Positions 13,378 to 25,962 of a stretch of DNA of 64,000 bases are shown here, piece after piece (positions within the stretch are counted from its first letter, which is position 1; each line of letters opens with the position of its first letter). The translations under genes were made by a program, and so were the position numbers. The DNA is from Octopus sinensis (taxonomy: Eukaryota). The stretch is taken from the NCBI RefSeq assembly GCF_006345805.1, contig NC_043007.1:30256001-30320000 (forward strand). Reading direction: 5' to 3'. The notes below the pieces were generated by a model that was given only the letters and a program-made list of their open reading frames with translations, ran no database searches and had not been told where the DNA came from.

Positions 13378-13914
13378 GATACACACACACACACATACTT
13401 ATATAACAAAGTTATTAGTGAGGGATTATCCATCCGGGCAAAGCACTTTATAAGCTCTCTGTCAGTACACCAGGCTAACGATATCCTTTGGATTAGTAAA
13501 GAACTCCACATATTCTTGTGGCAGGGTTTCAGGTCCATCACCATTCTAAATTCTTGAATCCGTGGTTGTGCTCCAGTCATACTTGTTATTACACAGTGAT
13601 ATGAAGAGAAGGAATAAACTATGGCCATTGTATATTTTTCGTTTTTGAAGTAAATTTGACTTACGTTATTGTCTTCAACCGACCAACGGACCAATTGAGT
13701 GAACCTATCAATAACGAACCTACAATGACTACAGGAAACAGCTGTAAGTCAAATTTACAACAATAAAGAAAAATATATAATGACCATTATTCACATCTCA
13801 TTTGTATACATGCACATTTGTGTGTATGTGTAGTATATATATATATATATACATATCTATCTATCCATCTATATATATGTGCATATTCTCTCTCTCTATA
13901 TATATATATATATA

Positions 13915-14100
13915 TCGAAATTTTTGTTTGTCTTGTTGTCGAGAGAGGTTCCCTTTCTTTCCTGATGAGAAGATTGCATAATGCACCCTTTATTCCTTTG
14001 GAATGAAACCTTGTCGTCTTCGAAACATATGTCGAGAGTAAAGGAATTTTGTTAACATCTTTGTTCGACTCCATTCTTTCATTTATTCATATATAACACA
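13915..14100 (+). mobile_element. Penelope-like element terminal-repeat (pLTR) fragment next to (TA)n
   Basis: Homologous to the minus-strand segment ~46455-46610, which lies downstream of PLE GIY-YIG coding sequence. Contains a hammerhead core. Confidence 0.75.
13951..14044 (+). ncRNA. Type I hammerhead ribozyme motif with extended helix II
   Basis: CTGATGA 13962-13968; helix II GAAGA(13969-13973)/TCTTC(14017-14021); GAAAC 14022-14026; palindromic helix III ACATATGT; GTC cleavage triplet 14031-14033; helix I ccttt-ctttc / gagag-t-aaagg. Confidence 0.8.
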
Positions 14101-14229
14101 CAAATTTCTGCACATGAACCCTTGGACAGGTCGCTTCAACCGTGTTTCTGACGTGAATTTACTACCCTTGTTTCGGTTCAACGAATTTTCCATGCTGACG
14201 ATAAACATAGGATAATTCATTCACCTATT

Positions 14230-14267
<38 letters not shown>

Positions 14268-14496
14268 TGGTCTGACGTTGATGATTTTTGTTATTTTTTT
14301 TCTACGAGTTATGTCCATCTCGATTCGCCAAGACCAGAGAGAACGCACTCTGCTGGAGAAAGTTTTATCTGAGGAGGTTTTGCTATTAAATCAGAAGTTG
14401 AGGTCTTTCTTTAAATGTGACTGATCACCTAAGAGTGCGCAGACCAGTGTCTGAGGCGGGCCGATATATTGTTTGGCATTCAGACGATGATATTGT

Positions 14497-14655
14497 ATTC
14501 TTTTCGAATCTAGGCACAAGGCCCGCAATTTTGGGGATCAGGTCGACCCCAGTACGCAACTGGTACTTAATTAATCAACTCCGAAAGGATGAAAGGCAAA
14601 GTCGACCTCGGCGGAATTTGAACTCAGAACGTAAAGACAGAGGAAACAGCTATTT
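14497..14655 (-). mobile_element. SINE family A, 5'-truncated copy
   Basis: Same central block as the other A copies; abuts the next copy. Confidence 0.8.
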
Positions 14656-14940
14656 CTTTTCTACAAAGAAGGGGCTAAACACAGAGGGGACAACAAGGAC
14701 AGACAAACGGATTAAGTCTATTACATTGACCCCAGTGCGTAACTGATACCTATTTAATCGACCCCGAAAGGATGAAAGGCAAAGTCGACCCCGAAAGGAT
14801 GAAATGCAAAGTCGTCCCCTAAAGGATGAAAGGCAAAGTCGACCCCGGTGGAATTTGAACTCAGAACGTAACGGCGGACGAAATACCGCTAAGCATTTCG
14901 CCCGGCTTGCTAACGTTTCTGCCAGTTCCTCGCCGCCTTC
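14656..14940 (-). mobile_element. SINE family A, full copy with an internal 27-nt triplication
   Basis: Head matches 21714-21640. The unit gtcgaccccgaaaggatgaaaggcaaa is repeated three times at 14757-14837. Confidence 0.85.
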
Positions 14941-15177
14941 CCTAAGATATATTATAGATTAAATATGAGCTTCCTCCCATTCGCGCCCAAAAGTAGATCA
15001 ACTTTTACACAGAAGTACAGTTTTCCAAGGAAAGGTTCTTCACTTACGTAAGATCTTGTATATTTTTGTTTCTTTGTTCAGCTCCAGACAACTGTGAAGC
15101 GAAAAGTATTGTTCACTTCAGGCGCTGCGACAGGCAGAAAAAATGTCCTCATAAAAATATGTGGGTTCTGGCAAATA

Positions 15178-15220
<43 letters not shown>

Positions 15221-15227
15221 ATATATA

Positions 15228-15395
15228 GACGCAGGCATGGATGTATGGTTGAGAAACACGCTTTGCCATCACGTGGTTCCGGATTCAGTTCCACTGGGCG
15301 TTATCTTCGGCAGATGACTTCTACTAGAGCTCCAAGGAGCCGGTTAATGCATTGTCAGTGGATTTGCTAGACGGAAACCAAGTGGGAGTCAGTCA
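15228..15395 (+). mobile_element. SINE family C, diverged head and core
   Basis: gcaggcatggatgtatggttgagaa...cacgtggttccggattcagttccactg...gtggatttgctagacggaaac aligns with 26251-26410. Confidence 0.7.
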
Positions 15396-15399
15396 TATA

Positions 15400-15432
15400 T
15401 ATAAGGTATATATATCTATATCTATCTATCTG

Positions 15433-15493
<61 letters not shown>

Positions 15494-15500
15494 ATATATA

Positions 15501-15554
<54 letters not shown>

Positions 15555-15818
15555 ATAAAAGATATATATATAACATATATATATAAATATATGAATGATA
15601 GATAGATATATATATATATAATATATATATAAAAGATAGGTATATATAAGATATATGTATATATATATAAGATACATATATAACATATATATATATTAAA
15701 AATATATATATATAAGATATACATATATAGATAAGATATATATAGGATGTATATATAATATATATATAATATATATATAATATATATATATATATCAGTT
15801 GTATATATATAAGATGTA

Positions 15819-15863
<45 letters not shown>

Positions 15864-16222
15864 CCCGAAAGAGATCAAAGAGGAAAAGGATCCCATCAAC
15901 TTTAAACGGAGTTTGGATAGATTCCTTCAAGGAATACCAGATAAGCCACCCATAATTGGATAGAACCCACCCAACAAAAACTCACTACTTGAATGGACCA
16001 TAAACAAAACTTGACTTAAACAGAATTCAGATAATCCTATCAGGTGGTGCTATTAAGTTAGACGTGGCCTGGACCAATCTTTGGTCGAAACATATCTAAG
16101 TTTATCTAAGTTTATATATGTATATATATGATATATATATAATATATATATCAGTTGTATATATATATAGGATGTATATATATATATGATATATATATAT
16201 ATATCAGTTGTATATATATATA

Positions 16223-16275
<53 letters not shown>

Positions 16276-16294
16276 TTGTATATAATATAAGATG

Positions 16295-16332
<38 letters not shown>

Positions 16333-16427
16333 GTTATATATATAATATATATATAAGATGTATATATATAAGATGTATATATATAATAAGATGTATATAT
16401 ATATATATATAAGATGTATATATACAA

Positions 16428-16463
<36 letters not shown>

Positions 16464-16632
16464 TGTATTATATATATATACACATATATATATATATAAG
16501 ATGTATATATATATATATAGATGTATATATATACAAGATGTATATATATATATATAAGATGTATATATATATATATACACATATATATATAAGATGTATA
16601 TATATATATATATATATATACATATATATATA
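15400..16632. repeat. (TA)n field with higher-order units AAGATG(TA)n and TCAGTTG(TA)n
   Basis: Recurrent aagatgtata and tcagttgtata punctuation on both sides of the LINE fragment at 15861-16114. Confidence 0.85.
15861..16114 (+). mobile_element. 5'-truncated 3' end of a CR1-type LINE
   Basis: Translates VPKEIKEEKDPINFKRSLDRFLQGIPDKPPIIG*NPPNKNSLLEW. The 3' UTR has a GACC/GGTC stem-loop and two terminal TCTAAGTTTA repeats. Confidence 0.7.
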
Positions 16633-17912
16633 CAGCTTTGATTTAAAAACCGCTACATCTACTTTGTGCAAGTTCCTCAGACTCTTTGGGAGAATATTAA
16701 AAAGCTTGAAACCCAGGCTGTTGGAGTAACTGGTTCTGAAGCGTGATGGCATTGCTGGGACCTTTGACACTATGCAGTGTTGTCCTGTTCTGGCATTGGT
16801 GTAGCTTTCAATGCCAAAATTTGGCATAATTCCTTCGAGGATCTTCCAAATATATATTACTGCATACCTCTCCCATCTTCTCTCCAGGAAGTAGAGTCTT
16901 AGCAGTTTCAACCTTTCACAGTATCTGAGCTGTTGCAAAGAGACGATCTTTGTGAATCTTCTCTGGATTGCTTCAAGGTCCGCTGGTGGGTGACCATAGC
17001 TGTGAGCAGTAATCCAGGCGGCTGAGGACGAATGTCCGCCAGAGGACCGTCATAGTTTCCTTATCTCTAGTTCTGAATGTTCTTAGGATCCATCCAGCCA
17101 GTCGTCCGCACTTTGTCGCCATCCTGGTAATGTGCACTTGGAAAGAGGTATCATCACTCATGTCGATACCCAGGTCCCTCACAGACTTAGGGTCTGGGAT
17201 TGAAATTTCCTTTGGACCGGTGTACCCTGTAAGTTTCATATTCAGTTTTGGATGCTGGCAGTACAGGGCTCGGAATTTTTCAGCATTAAACTGCATATTA
17301 TTATCTCAGCCCATCTGTAAATTGAATCCAAATCCTGCTGCAGGTGTGCAACATCACTGAGGTTCTGTATTTTCTGCGAGACTTTCGTATCATCTGCATA
17401 GCTTGCAAGGGTGGCTATCCGGGCATTTGAGGGCATATCAGAGAGGGCCACTATAAAAAGCAGTGGTCCCAAGACAGTGCCCTGTGGAACACCACTCACT
17501 ATTCGTGTGTTCATAGAGGTGATTCCATTAGCCACTACTGCCTGACTCCTATCTTTCAGGAAGTCATGTAACCACTCTCCAAGTTTTCCAGCTATGCCAA
17601 GGTCACGCAGTTTGTGGCATATCATACCATGATCCACCTGGGAAACCATCAGGACCAGCAGTTGTATTTGTGTCCACTTCATCTATGGCTAAAATATATC
17701 TTCTTCGCTAATGTCAATGAATTCCATTGTAACTGCCTCGCTGGTTATAGGTGAGGCGGCAAAGAAAACCACTGGTTCGTTCACTTGTCTGTGTTCCAAC
17801 GGGGTGATAAAGACACTTTTGAACTGGTCATTCAGTATCTCACTGATCTTAGTTGGACTGTCTGTGAGGGAGCTATCCTTTTGGAAGAAGGATCCTATCT
17901 TGTAGTGTACTT
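16633..17912 (-). mobile_element. CR1-clade LINE ORF2 pseudogene (RT and C-terminus) with an internal deletion
   Basis: SGVPQGTVLGPLLF, YADDTK, LQQDLDSIYRWAE, VRDLGI, LSRLDYCSQLWSP, LERRWERYAVIYIWKILEG. Upstream ISEILNDQFKSVF...GPDGFP is joined directly to VDHG at ~17640. Confidence 0.9.
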
Positions 17913-17971
17913 AGGCTGTTTTTTTCATTCACTCACTCACTCACTCTCTCTCTCTCTCTCGTACGTATGTA

Positions 17972-19243
17972 CAAGGGGAAGTCAAAGTTTATTCATACTT
18001 TCGCCAAAATATTAGACTGACCGCCACTGACTTGAGCGCCTGCATACTAGAAGGTGCGGCTCTTGTGGTTATCTTTGAGAAAACTGGAGCAATGTCAAAC
18101 GAAGGTTTGGCTTTTCTCGTTTCAGTTTCCTTTCTTACCTTACAGAGTAAACAGGGCCGCTCCGCTGACAGTGCGCATGTGAGTCAGCGGCTGAAATACA
18201 GAGCAGGCATTTAGTTCAGTACGGGGGGAAATGCTCTGATGCGTAGAAGTGTGTATATGAGCGGATGGAAAAGTTTTGAAATGGCCCAACAACCGCGTAG
18301 CAGGTAGAGGGAGGAGGACGTATGTCAGTTTCCATAATGGACGCGAATATTCAGCAAATTCGAGACGAACAGGGAAGTGAGAATCGATGCGTTGACATGT
18401 TCTCGGCAAATTGGAGATGGTTCTGTGTGCGAAATCACTCACAAGCAGTTCGCTTCCGTAAAGTCTATACGAGATGGATGCCAAGAGAGTTTACCGAAGA
18501 GTATAAGCGCAATCTTGAGGAGCTCTGTCAACGCTTACTCAACCTCAACGATAATGTAGGTGAAGGTTTTCTGGAGAGAATAGTCGCAGGAGATGAGGTC
18601 TGGACCCGTCACTTTGAGCTAGAATCCAAAGGCAGGGTATAGAGTGGAAACACTCGGAATCACCAACAAAAACAAAAAATATATATAATTCTAGACTCCA
18701 CCTTCTGTAGATGAAGAAGTGCTGACCAACGTTTTGAGAACCTATACGTGAACAAGGTCCACGTGAACCAGGGTATTTCACAGTGACTAGTGCAGACTAC
18801 AGTGAAATACTCGCCAAGAAAGTGAAACCAGCAATTTGCACTGAACGTCGAGGTCTGTTGTCAAAACAAACGCTATTGTTGTAAAACAATTCACGCTGAC
18901 ATACGACCACCGCCCCCACCGTTGAAACCATTGAAAAACTGAGTTTTGAGTAGTTTGGATACCTTGTATGTTGCTCGCATCTCACCCCTTCCCACTTTCA
19001 CCTCTTTGTACTGTTCAAACACCCTTTACGAGGTCGTCGGTTTGCTACGGACGAAAAACCGCCGGAAGCGATGCATAAATGGCGCGAGCAGCAGACGTCT
19101 TCGATAATCAAGCTTGGGAATCGCTGGAAGAAGTTAATCGAAAAACAAGGAGACTGTCGGGAAATGATGTAATTGTTTAATCCCTGCTTTTCTCGTAATA
19201 AACCACAGAATAAAGAGAGAGTATAATTATTTTTGACTCCACG
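17972..19243 (+). mobile_element. Full-length-size decayed mariner transposon (1272 bp)
   Basis: Degenerate TIRs caaggggaagtcaaa and (rc) cgtggagtcaaaaat, flanked by TA (17970-17971, 19244-19245). FRKVYTRWMPREFTEE...FLERIVAGDEVWTRHFELESK and downstream HDNARPH-like and RGRRF remnants. Confidence 0.85.
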
Positions 19244-19880
19244 TATAAAAGTAATGCAACTAAGTTAGCTAGCCATGTATGGAATTTGAAGAGCAGATCC
19301 ACACCATATACGGTTAAGAGGAAATATTAGAAAAATCTAAACCATATGTAAAAGGATCTAAGAAAGGCAGCTTATGCATAGCAGAAAGATCTCATATTCT
19401 TCTTAGATCCAACAATTCCAACACACTGCTTAATTCGAGATCTGAATAGTTTAGCAAGTGTAAATACATGGAAAGGTTTCTGTTATTGAGCTGTATCGCA
19501 GGATTTGACATATATTCTGTTATTTTGTTCTAAGAGTTGTATTTAATGAGCTTTTTGCAATCAGGGAGGACAAGGATCTTGGATTTCATGATTTCGTTTC
19601 TTTCTTCTCGTTCCATATTTTTGCATCAACCTTCTTCACGTTTTAACCACATTTCTTATTTTCTCACTGACTATCGTCTTTTGCCTTTTAAAATATATAT
19701 AACGCATAAACAGAGCCTGGAAGATTGTTTGGTAGATGCATGGTGCATTTCATTAATATTCCTGATCAAGTGTCACAAAAGCATGAAACTGTTAGTCGCT
19801 CTGTCGGTAGTCTATTAAATTGATATCTTTATATTTATGCTCATACATATGCATATATCCACACACGGATTTATATATGC

Positions 19881-19934
<54 letters not shown>

Positions 19935-20175
19935 AATGCATACATACACACACACGTGCGCGCGCCCATACACACACTGTCTCTCGCACAGCTTCTGTTA
20001 TTGAATTTCAATAATTATTTTGAATTTTTATGTAGAAGGGTTCTTTCATTTTGTGACTATGCGAGATGATAGTTGGCAAAGGTGTCAGTATGTGGAACCG
20101 AGCGAATTTCAATATAGTTGCGAAGCGAGTGTCTGAACCACACAACTATGCATATGCATACATACATACATAAAT

Positions 20176-20266
<91 letters not shown>

Positions 20267-20406
20267 CATACACACATATTTACATATTATGAAGACATAT
20301 ATGCATAGATGGATACAGATAAATGTTTGAATGTATTTATATACCTATCTATCATATATCTATCTATCTAGCTCGCTACCTACCTACCTATCTATCTATC
20401 TACCTG

Positions 20407-20481
<75 letters not shown>

Positions 20482-21484
20482 GCCTGCCTGCCTTCCTGCC
20501 TGCCTGTCTATCTGTCTGTCTGTCTATCTAATTACCTATCTATCTACCTACCTACACACACACACACACACATACACACATGCTTAGCTGGCTTATTATA
20601 AATGTAATAATGGCTGTTGCAGTCAGATCCAAAAACTTCATCTTTCCATGACACAAATTAGTTAGACGCCATGTTGCATCAGCATAAATAAGAACATTGC
20701 ACATTTCACTACTCTTTGCTCTGTTTGCACACACTCTCACGCTCACATAGAAACCAATATTTCAAGCTCCCCTCCTCCCCTCTCACTTTCCATCATCTTT
20801 CCTTTCCCGTTCTTCCCCTTTCCTCTTCTCTCCTTCACACTCTTTCTCGCTTTCTTTCTCTCACACCAATTCTTGTTCACCTAATCTCTTCACACTCTTC
20901 CGCTTTCACTCTCTTCTTATGACACCGACCGTGTCTCCACTTCGGGTTCTAATATCCTACTCTTCAATCCCCTTTTTGCTCTAAACCTGCAATGTAAACA
21001 GGAGTAAGAAATTCAATATCATATCCATTTCTTTTGATCTGATGTCTCTTATTTTTCCTATCAACCTTTATAAAAGATGTCAGCCAGTTCGTTATAAAAG
21101 TACAAGTGGGTATCCATCAACGGCGCATTATATTCATTGAACACATTCTCCGATTGTTATTGAATCCTTTCAGTTTTCTATGCTTTTCCACCAAATGCTT
21201 TACTCGTTTTATTTGTTATCTCTTTGTTTCTTATTCTCCTCATAATTTCCGTTTTATCTTTACACATGAACCTACGCGCATGCACACCCACCCACTTACA
21301 CACACAAATAACAAACACATTCGCATGCCCACACATTTGTATGTATGTGTTAGGAGAAATCGAAACCTAAACACTACGCGGTTTTTGACCGAAGATATAT
21401 TATACTCTACATTATGTATTGAGTACGTTCCTCTCGTGACCTTTAAATGTCTGTGCATGCATATGTGCATATATATATATATAT

Positions 21485-21714
21485 ATTTCTTTACTACCCA
21501 CAAGGGGCTAAACACAGAGGGGACAAACAAGGACAGACAAACGGATTAAGTCGATTATATCGACCCCAGTGCGTAACTGGTACTTAATTTATCGACCCCG
21601 AAAGGATGAAAGGCAAAGTCGACCTCGGCGGAATTTGAACTCAGAACGTAACGGCAGACGAAATACGGCTACGCATTTCGCCCGACGAGCTAACGTTTCT
21701 GCCAGCTCACGGCC
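21485..21714 (-). mobile_element. SINE family A, well-preserved copy inserted in (TA)n
   Basis: Complete head, central block and tail cttgtttgtcccctctgtgtttagccccttgtgggtagtaaagaaa. Confidence 0.9.
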
Positions 21715-21728
21715 TTATATATATATAT

Positions 21729-21990
21729 TGCTTAGTGCTTGGGGCGTTGCATTCACGATTGCGAGATCGCAGGTTCAATTCCCAGCCCGGGCGTTGCGTT
21801 GTGTTCTTCAGCAAAGAACTTCACCTTGCTCTGCGATAATTCCATCATCTGACATGTGGCACATGGGGCACCTGTACAGGTCATGTCAATTTGATGGAGG
21901 CAATGAGCTTATGTCTCCACAAACATTTGATCACTATAAACAAACCACCTGTGCGGTTGTTCGGTAAGAAATTGCTGAACCATCAAACGT
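21729..21990 (+). mobile_element. tRNA-derived SINE with a D/E-type head and a third tail type
   Basis: cacgattgcgagatcgcaggttcaattcccagcccggg...gttgtgttcttcagcaa resembles the head of 57461-57330. Confidence 0.6.
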
Positions 21991-22037
21991 TGGGAGAGGC
22001 CATGATATATGACCAGTCGCCATGATTGATCACTAAA

Positions 22038-22205
22038 TCCACAAGTTTCTTTAATCTCTCTTTGTTTATTTCCTCAAATTCTTTTCTGTTGAAGAGCGTA
22101 GGCTCGAAACGTAAAAGACTTTATCACCTTCCCGAGCGTCAAACTAATACACCTGCTTGTTATTTGTACACCTGTCTTCGTTTTTTTTTCTGCAAATTTC
22201 AACTA
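22038..22205 (+). mobile_element. PLE pLTR-like fragment with a minimal hammerhead
   Basis: Ends in cacctgtcttcgtttt... followed by (TA)n; the same tail is at 30390-30440. Confidence 0.6.
22081..22118 (+). ncRNA. Minimal type I hammerhead-like motif, variant core CTGTTGA
   Basis: ctttt-CTGTTGA-a-GAGC-gtag-GCTC-GAAAC-GT-A-aaag: 4-bp helix II, palindromic ACGT helix III, GUA triplet. Confidence 0.55.
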
Positions 22206-22209
22206 TATG

Positions 22210-22572
22210 TGTGAGTGTATGTATATATATGTGTGTATGTATATATATGTGTATATGTATATATATGTATATATATATATATGTGTATATATATATATAT
22301 ATATATGTGTATATATATATATATGTGTATATATATATGTGTGTGTATATATATATATATATGTGTGTGTGTATGTATATATATGTATGCGTATATGTAT
22401 ATATATGTATGCGTATATGTATTTATATGTATGCGTATATGTATTTATATGTATGTGTATATGTATTTATATGTATGTATATATGTATTTATGTATGTAT
22501 ATTTGTGTATTTATGCATATCTCTGTATGTATATATGTGTATTTATGCATATCTCTATATGTATATATATGC

Positions 22573-22616
<44 letters not shown>

Positions 22617-22623
22617 ATTTATG

Positions 22624-22657
<34 letters not shown>

Positions 22658-22680
22658 ATATATTATATATATATATATAC
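22210..22680. repeat. (TA)/(TG) compound microsatellite
   Basis: Direct reading. Confidence 0.95.
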
Positions 22681-22733
22681 ACGTTTCTCAATTTGTTTTG
22701 TAAAATTACTGATGTGATAATCGTTTCTTGAAA

Positions 22734-23000
22734 CAGATATTGTTGTGTTTCGGGATTGTCATATTTCATTTTTTCCTGAATTGAGTAAGTGGAGCAAGAG
22801 CACACACACGAAACCGAGAAGTGTCGCTGAAGAGGTTACAGGTGTGTGACGTATGATTTCCGGACAATGGACATGAGTGAAAATAATAAAATAAGAACAG
22901 TCATAAACGAGTGAAGAAAAGAATATATAGTGCGTGTGTTTATTTGTCCCGCAACCCCCCCCCCCCCCAAAATGACCATCCCGAAATACAGCAATATATG
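22734..23000. mobile_element. 267-bp MITE with 29-bp TIRs (Tc1/mariner superfamily-like)
   Basis: Left TIR cagatattgttgtgtttcgggattgtcat matches the rc of 22972-23000 at 25/29 positions; TA follows at 23001-23002. A second partial copy is at 53575-53680. Confidence 0.8.
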
Positions 23001-23976
23001 TACATACATATATGTACATGTGTGTGTGTGTGTGTATGCAGAGATATTCGACTGGAGGATATCTGATAATTGTTCTTTGCATGGCCATTGCTATAGAATT
23101 AATATAGTGTATAAATACACGCTCCTTAGCAAACAACAGAACTCTGCAAAAATAAATAATGAACCTCACTTTACGCTAAACGTCGGTCTTTCGCTCACCT
23201 TAGTTCGTTTACCTGAGTTAAATGCCATAAGTCTACGTTCTTAGCTGACCACATACTGCACCGCAACTCCCGATAGTCATAACACCTCGTGTAGTATTTC
23301 TTGGTCTATCATTAATACTGGAAAGTCGTATCAGGATAATTGAATTCCTTGGGATTTATGTTTTAAATCACTGATCGAGATCTTAAAAGAAATCGCATGT
23401 TACCTGTTCAATTGCCAGGTGATACTATTATCATCAGCGATCATCGATTCTTCAAAACTTACCGCTTTTACTTTATATATGATGTCACGCTACGCCTAGG
23501 TCTACGCATCTCACATCCACCTTATTTGAAGGTTCCTTAATTCACTAACTTACCACACAACTTCTTCTAAATTCTTATATTCGATCATACATAATAATTA
23601 TATTCTAACTTACCTTTTCCGATATTTTCATCAACTATATCAATATTAAGTGTTTCCATTTACTATATACTTACATTTATTATAGCATATTCTACAATGA
23701 ATTAAAGCAAATCTCCCAGTTCTACCTGAGTGTCCTTGCTTTATGGTGTTTTATTAGTATCCGTTTAAGCCTACAATCTTCATCATTTATTTGACAAATT
23801 CCAGATGTCTTTACACTACATAGCTATGAACACAATGTTAGGAAGAAAATTATTGGGGAAAATACAATTCCTAAACTTTCTCTATCTCGGTACTCTTCCT
23901 ATTGTTCTCTTCATCGTTTCTTCTACGCTTAACAGCATCCTTGTTTACCCATCGCATGCTGACCATTCGTCTAGAC

Positions 23977-24196
23977 CAGGGGTTCTCCATATGACCTTTC
24001 AGGGTCCACATAAGGTTACTGTGTTCAAATTTACGCACAATAAATTGCATTTACTTCAGCAATGCATCAAACATTTTAACAACTTTTTTTTATTCAGTTC
24101 CTAAGGATTTTTAAAACATTGAATGGCTATGAAGGTCTCTCCGTAAAGAAAAAGAGTCAAAGGGCCCCATAGGTAAGAAATGGTTGGGAACAACTG
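23977..24196. mobile_element. hAT (Charlie/Buster-like) MITE
   Basis: Ends caggggttctcc and ggttgggaacaactg. The left flank gtctagac fits the NTCTAGAN target preference; the right flank does not duplicate it. Confidence 0.55.
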
Positions 24197-24786
24197 GAAA
24201 CCACTCAGCAAACCTTTGAGAGATGTGCAGTCCCTTGTTATCTTTCTTCCCCAACTCCTTTAGACTATCCATCAACCCTCACTACTTCCTCATAGTAAGG
24301 CTCATCAAAATCTCTAATCTTCCCCCACTTCACCATTACACCTCTCCCTTTTTCCCTTCTCCCAAAACGTACCCCAATACATTTCACCTCAATCTATATG
24401 AGCACTCAGTACGTTCAGCTATATAGTTGTCCTCTTTAGATTTATAAACCCTTAATATATTTGCTCCTTTATTTAGAGGTTAGTTCTCCACTGCCACTCT
24501 AACCATTATTTTTCTGGTGATAGAAGTTCTTCAGACAACTGCATCAATCGCCTTCTGAAAACAGACGCAAAGTATTCTCTGTCGATTCTTTTCTATCAAT
24601 TCCAAGATTTTCCATTTGTGACACCATTGGACTCTTCCCCAAACGATGCCTCGGCGGCACTTGACTCTCTGGGAATCTCATCCAGGAGAGTAACTCTCTA
24701 CAAATGATCTGTTATGAAATTTCCACATTCCGGACTCTTCCTAATATCATGTTTTAAATACGTGCACGCGCATGTGTGCGTGCGTC

Positions 24787-24821
<35 letters not shown>

Positions 24822-25600
24822 ATGAGTGTGTATGTTAAAATAGTATTTATTTAGACGCAACTTGAAAAAAACCCATTATGATCAGGTTTAAGTTTTATTC
24901 TACGCATATACGCATGCGTAAGAGAGAAATACTTTCGAACATGTTTCCGTTATGAAGATAAAAAACTTTAATAATATGTAAGAAAGCAAAAAAGTTTGAA
25001 GATCAATGCTAGCATGTTTGAAAGTTAACCTATCATTGAAGCAGATGTTGGAAATACATAGAGACAATTCTGAATGCAGATGGAAGGTTGGGATGAAAGG
25101 GGATTAGAATTAACGCAAGCAACGAGGCCCAGGCAAGGAGTACAAGAAAGAGAAATCCAGAGAAAAGCTAAACGCAATTCAAAATTTCCAAATGTAAATT
25201 GGCAACCTTGTGATTCGCCTTTCTTCTGTCTGTATCCTTAGTGTCATAGCAACAGCTGTTACGACAGCATCAGAACACAAACAGAAAGGTTTGTGGAAGT
25301 GGGGAGAGCGAAATATCGAAAACAGAGAATAAAAGACTGCAGGGGGCAACTACAAAAAGAGATTAAAAGAGGGCGTGGAGATGAAGCACCTCTCCCCTAA
25401 AAAGAGAACGAAAGGGGCAGCTGAGGAGAAAATGATCGATAAGAGGAGAGAGAGGGACATAATCTATGTTAGAGATTTATCATCTCTTCTATGATCAGAA
25501 ATTTTATTACATTCATTATTTTAATACTAGAATTTACGTTTACATAATTCATTGAAACCCCCTCATTTTTGACCGGTACTACGTTCGTACGGACAAGCAT

Positions 25601-25962
25601 CTTTTGTCTTTTATACTTCATTTGATTCACTCATTAGACTGCGGCCCTGCTGGGGCACCACACTGCAGAATTTTAGTCGAACGAATCGATCTGAGTACTT
25701 TTGTGCAAAGCCTGGTATTTATTCTGTCGGTCTTATTTGGCGAACCGCTAGGCTACGGGGACGGAAACTCACCATTGTGAAGTGATGGTGACACATACAC
25801 ATATACATGACTGGCTTCTTTCTGTCTACCAACTTCGTTCACAAGGCTTTGGTCGGCCCACGGCTATATTAGAAAATACTTACCCAAGGTACCATGCAGT
25901 GGGACTGAACTCAGAACCATGAGGTTGCCATGCAAACGTCTTACCACACAGCCACCCCTGCA
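25601..25962 (-). mobile_element. SINE family C, full-length diverged copy
   Basis: Reverse complement aligns with 26251-26674 across head, core and tail. Confidence 0.8.

Noticed and set aside
16055-16095. GACC/GGTC stem followed by GAAACATAT
   Set aside because: No CUGANGA upstream and no UH site; better explained as the LINE 3' stem-loop.
23400-24730. Possible degenerate LINE endonuclease on the minus strand around the hAT MITE
   Set aside because: Only a vague GRGVMV similarity; no ordered motif set could be recovered.
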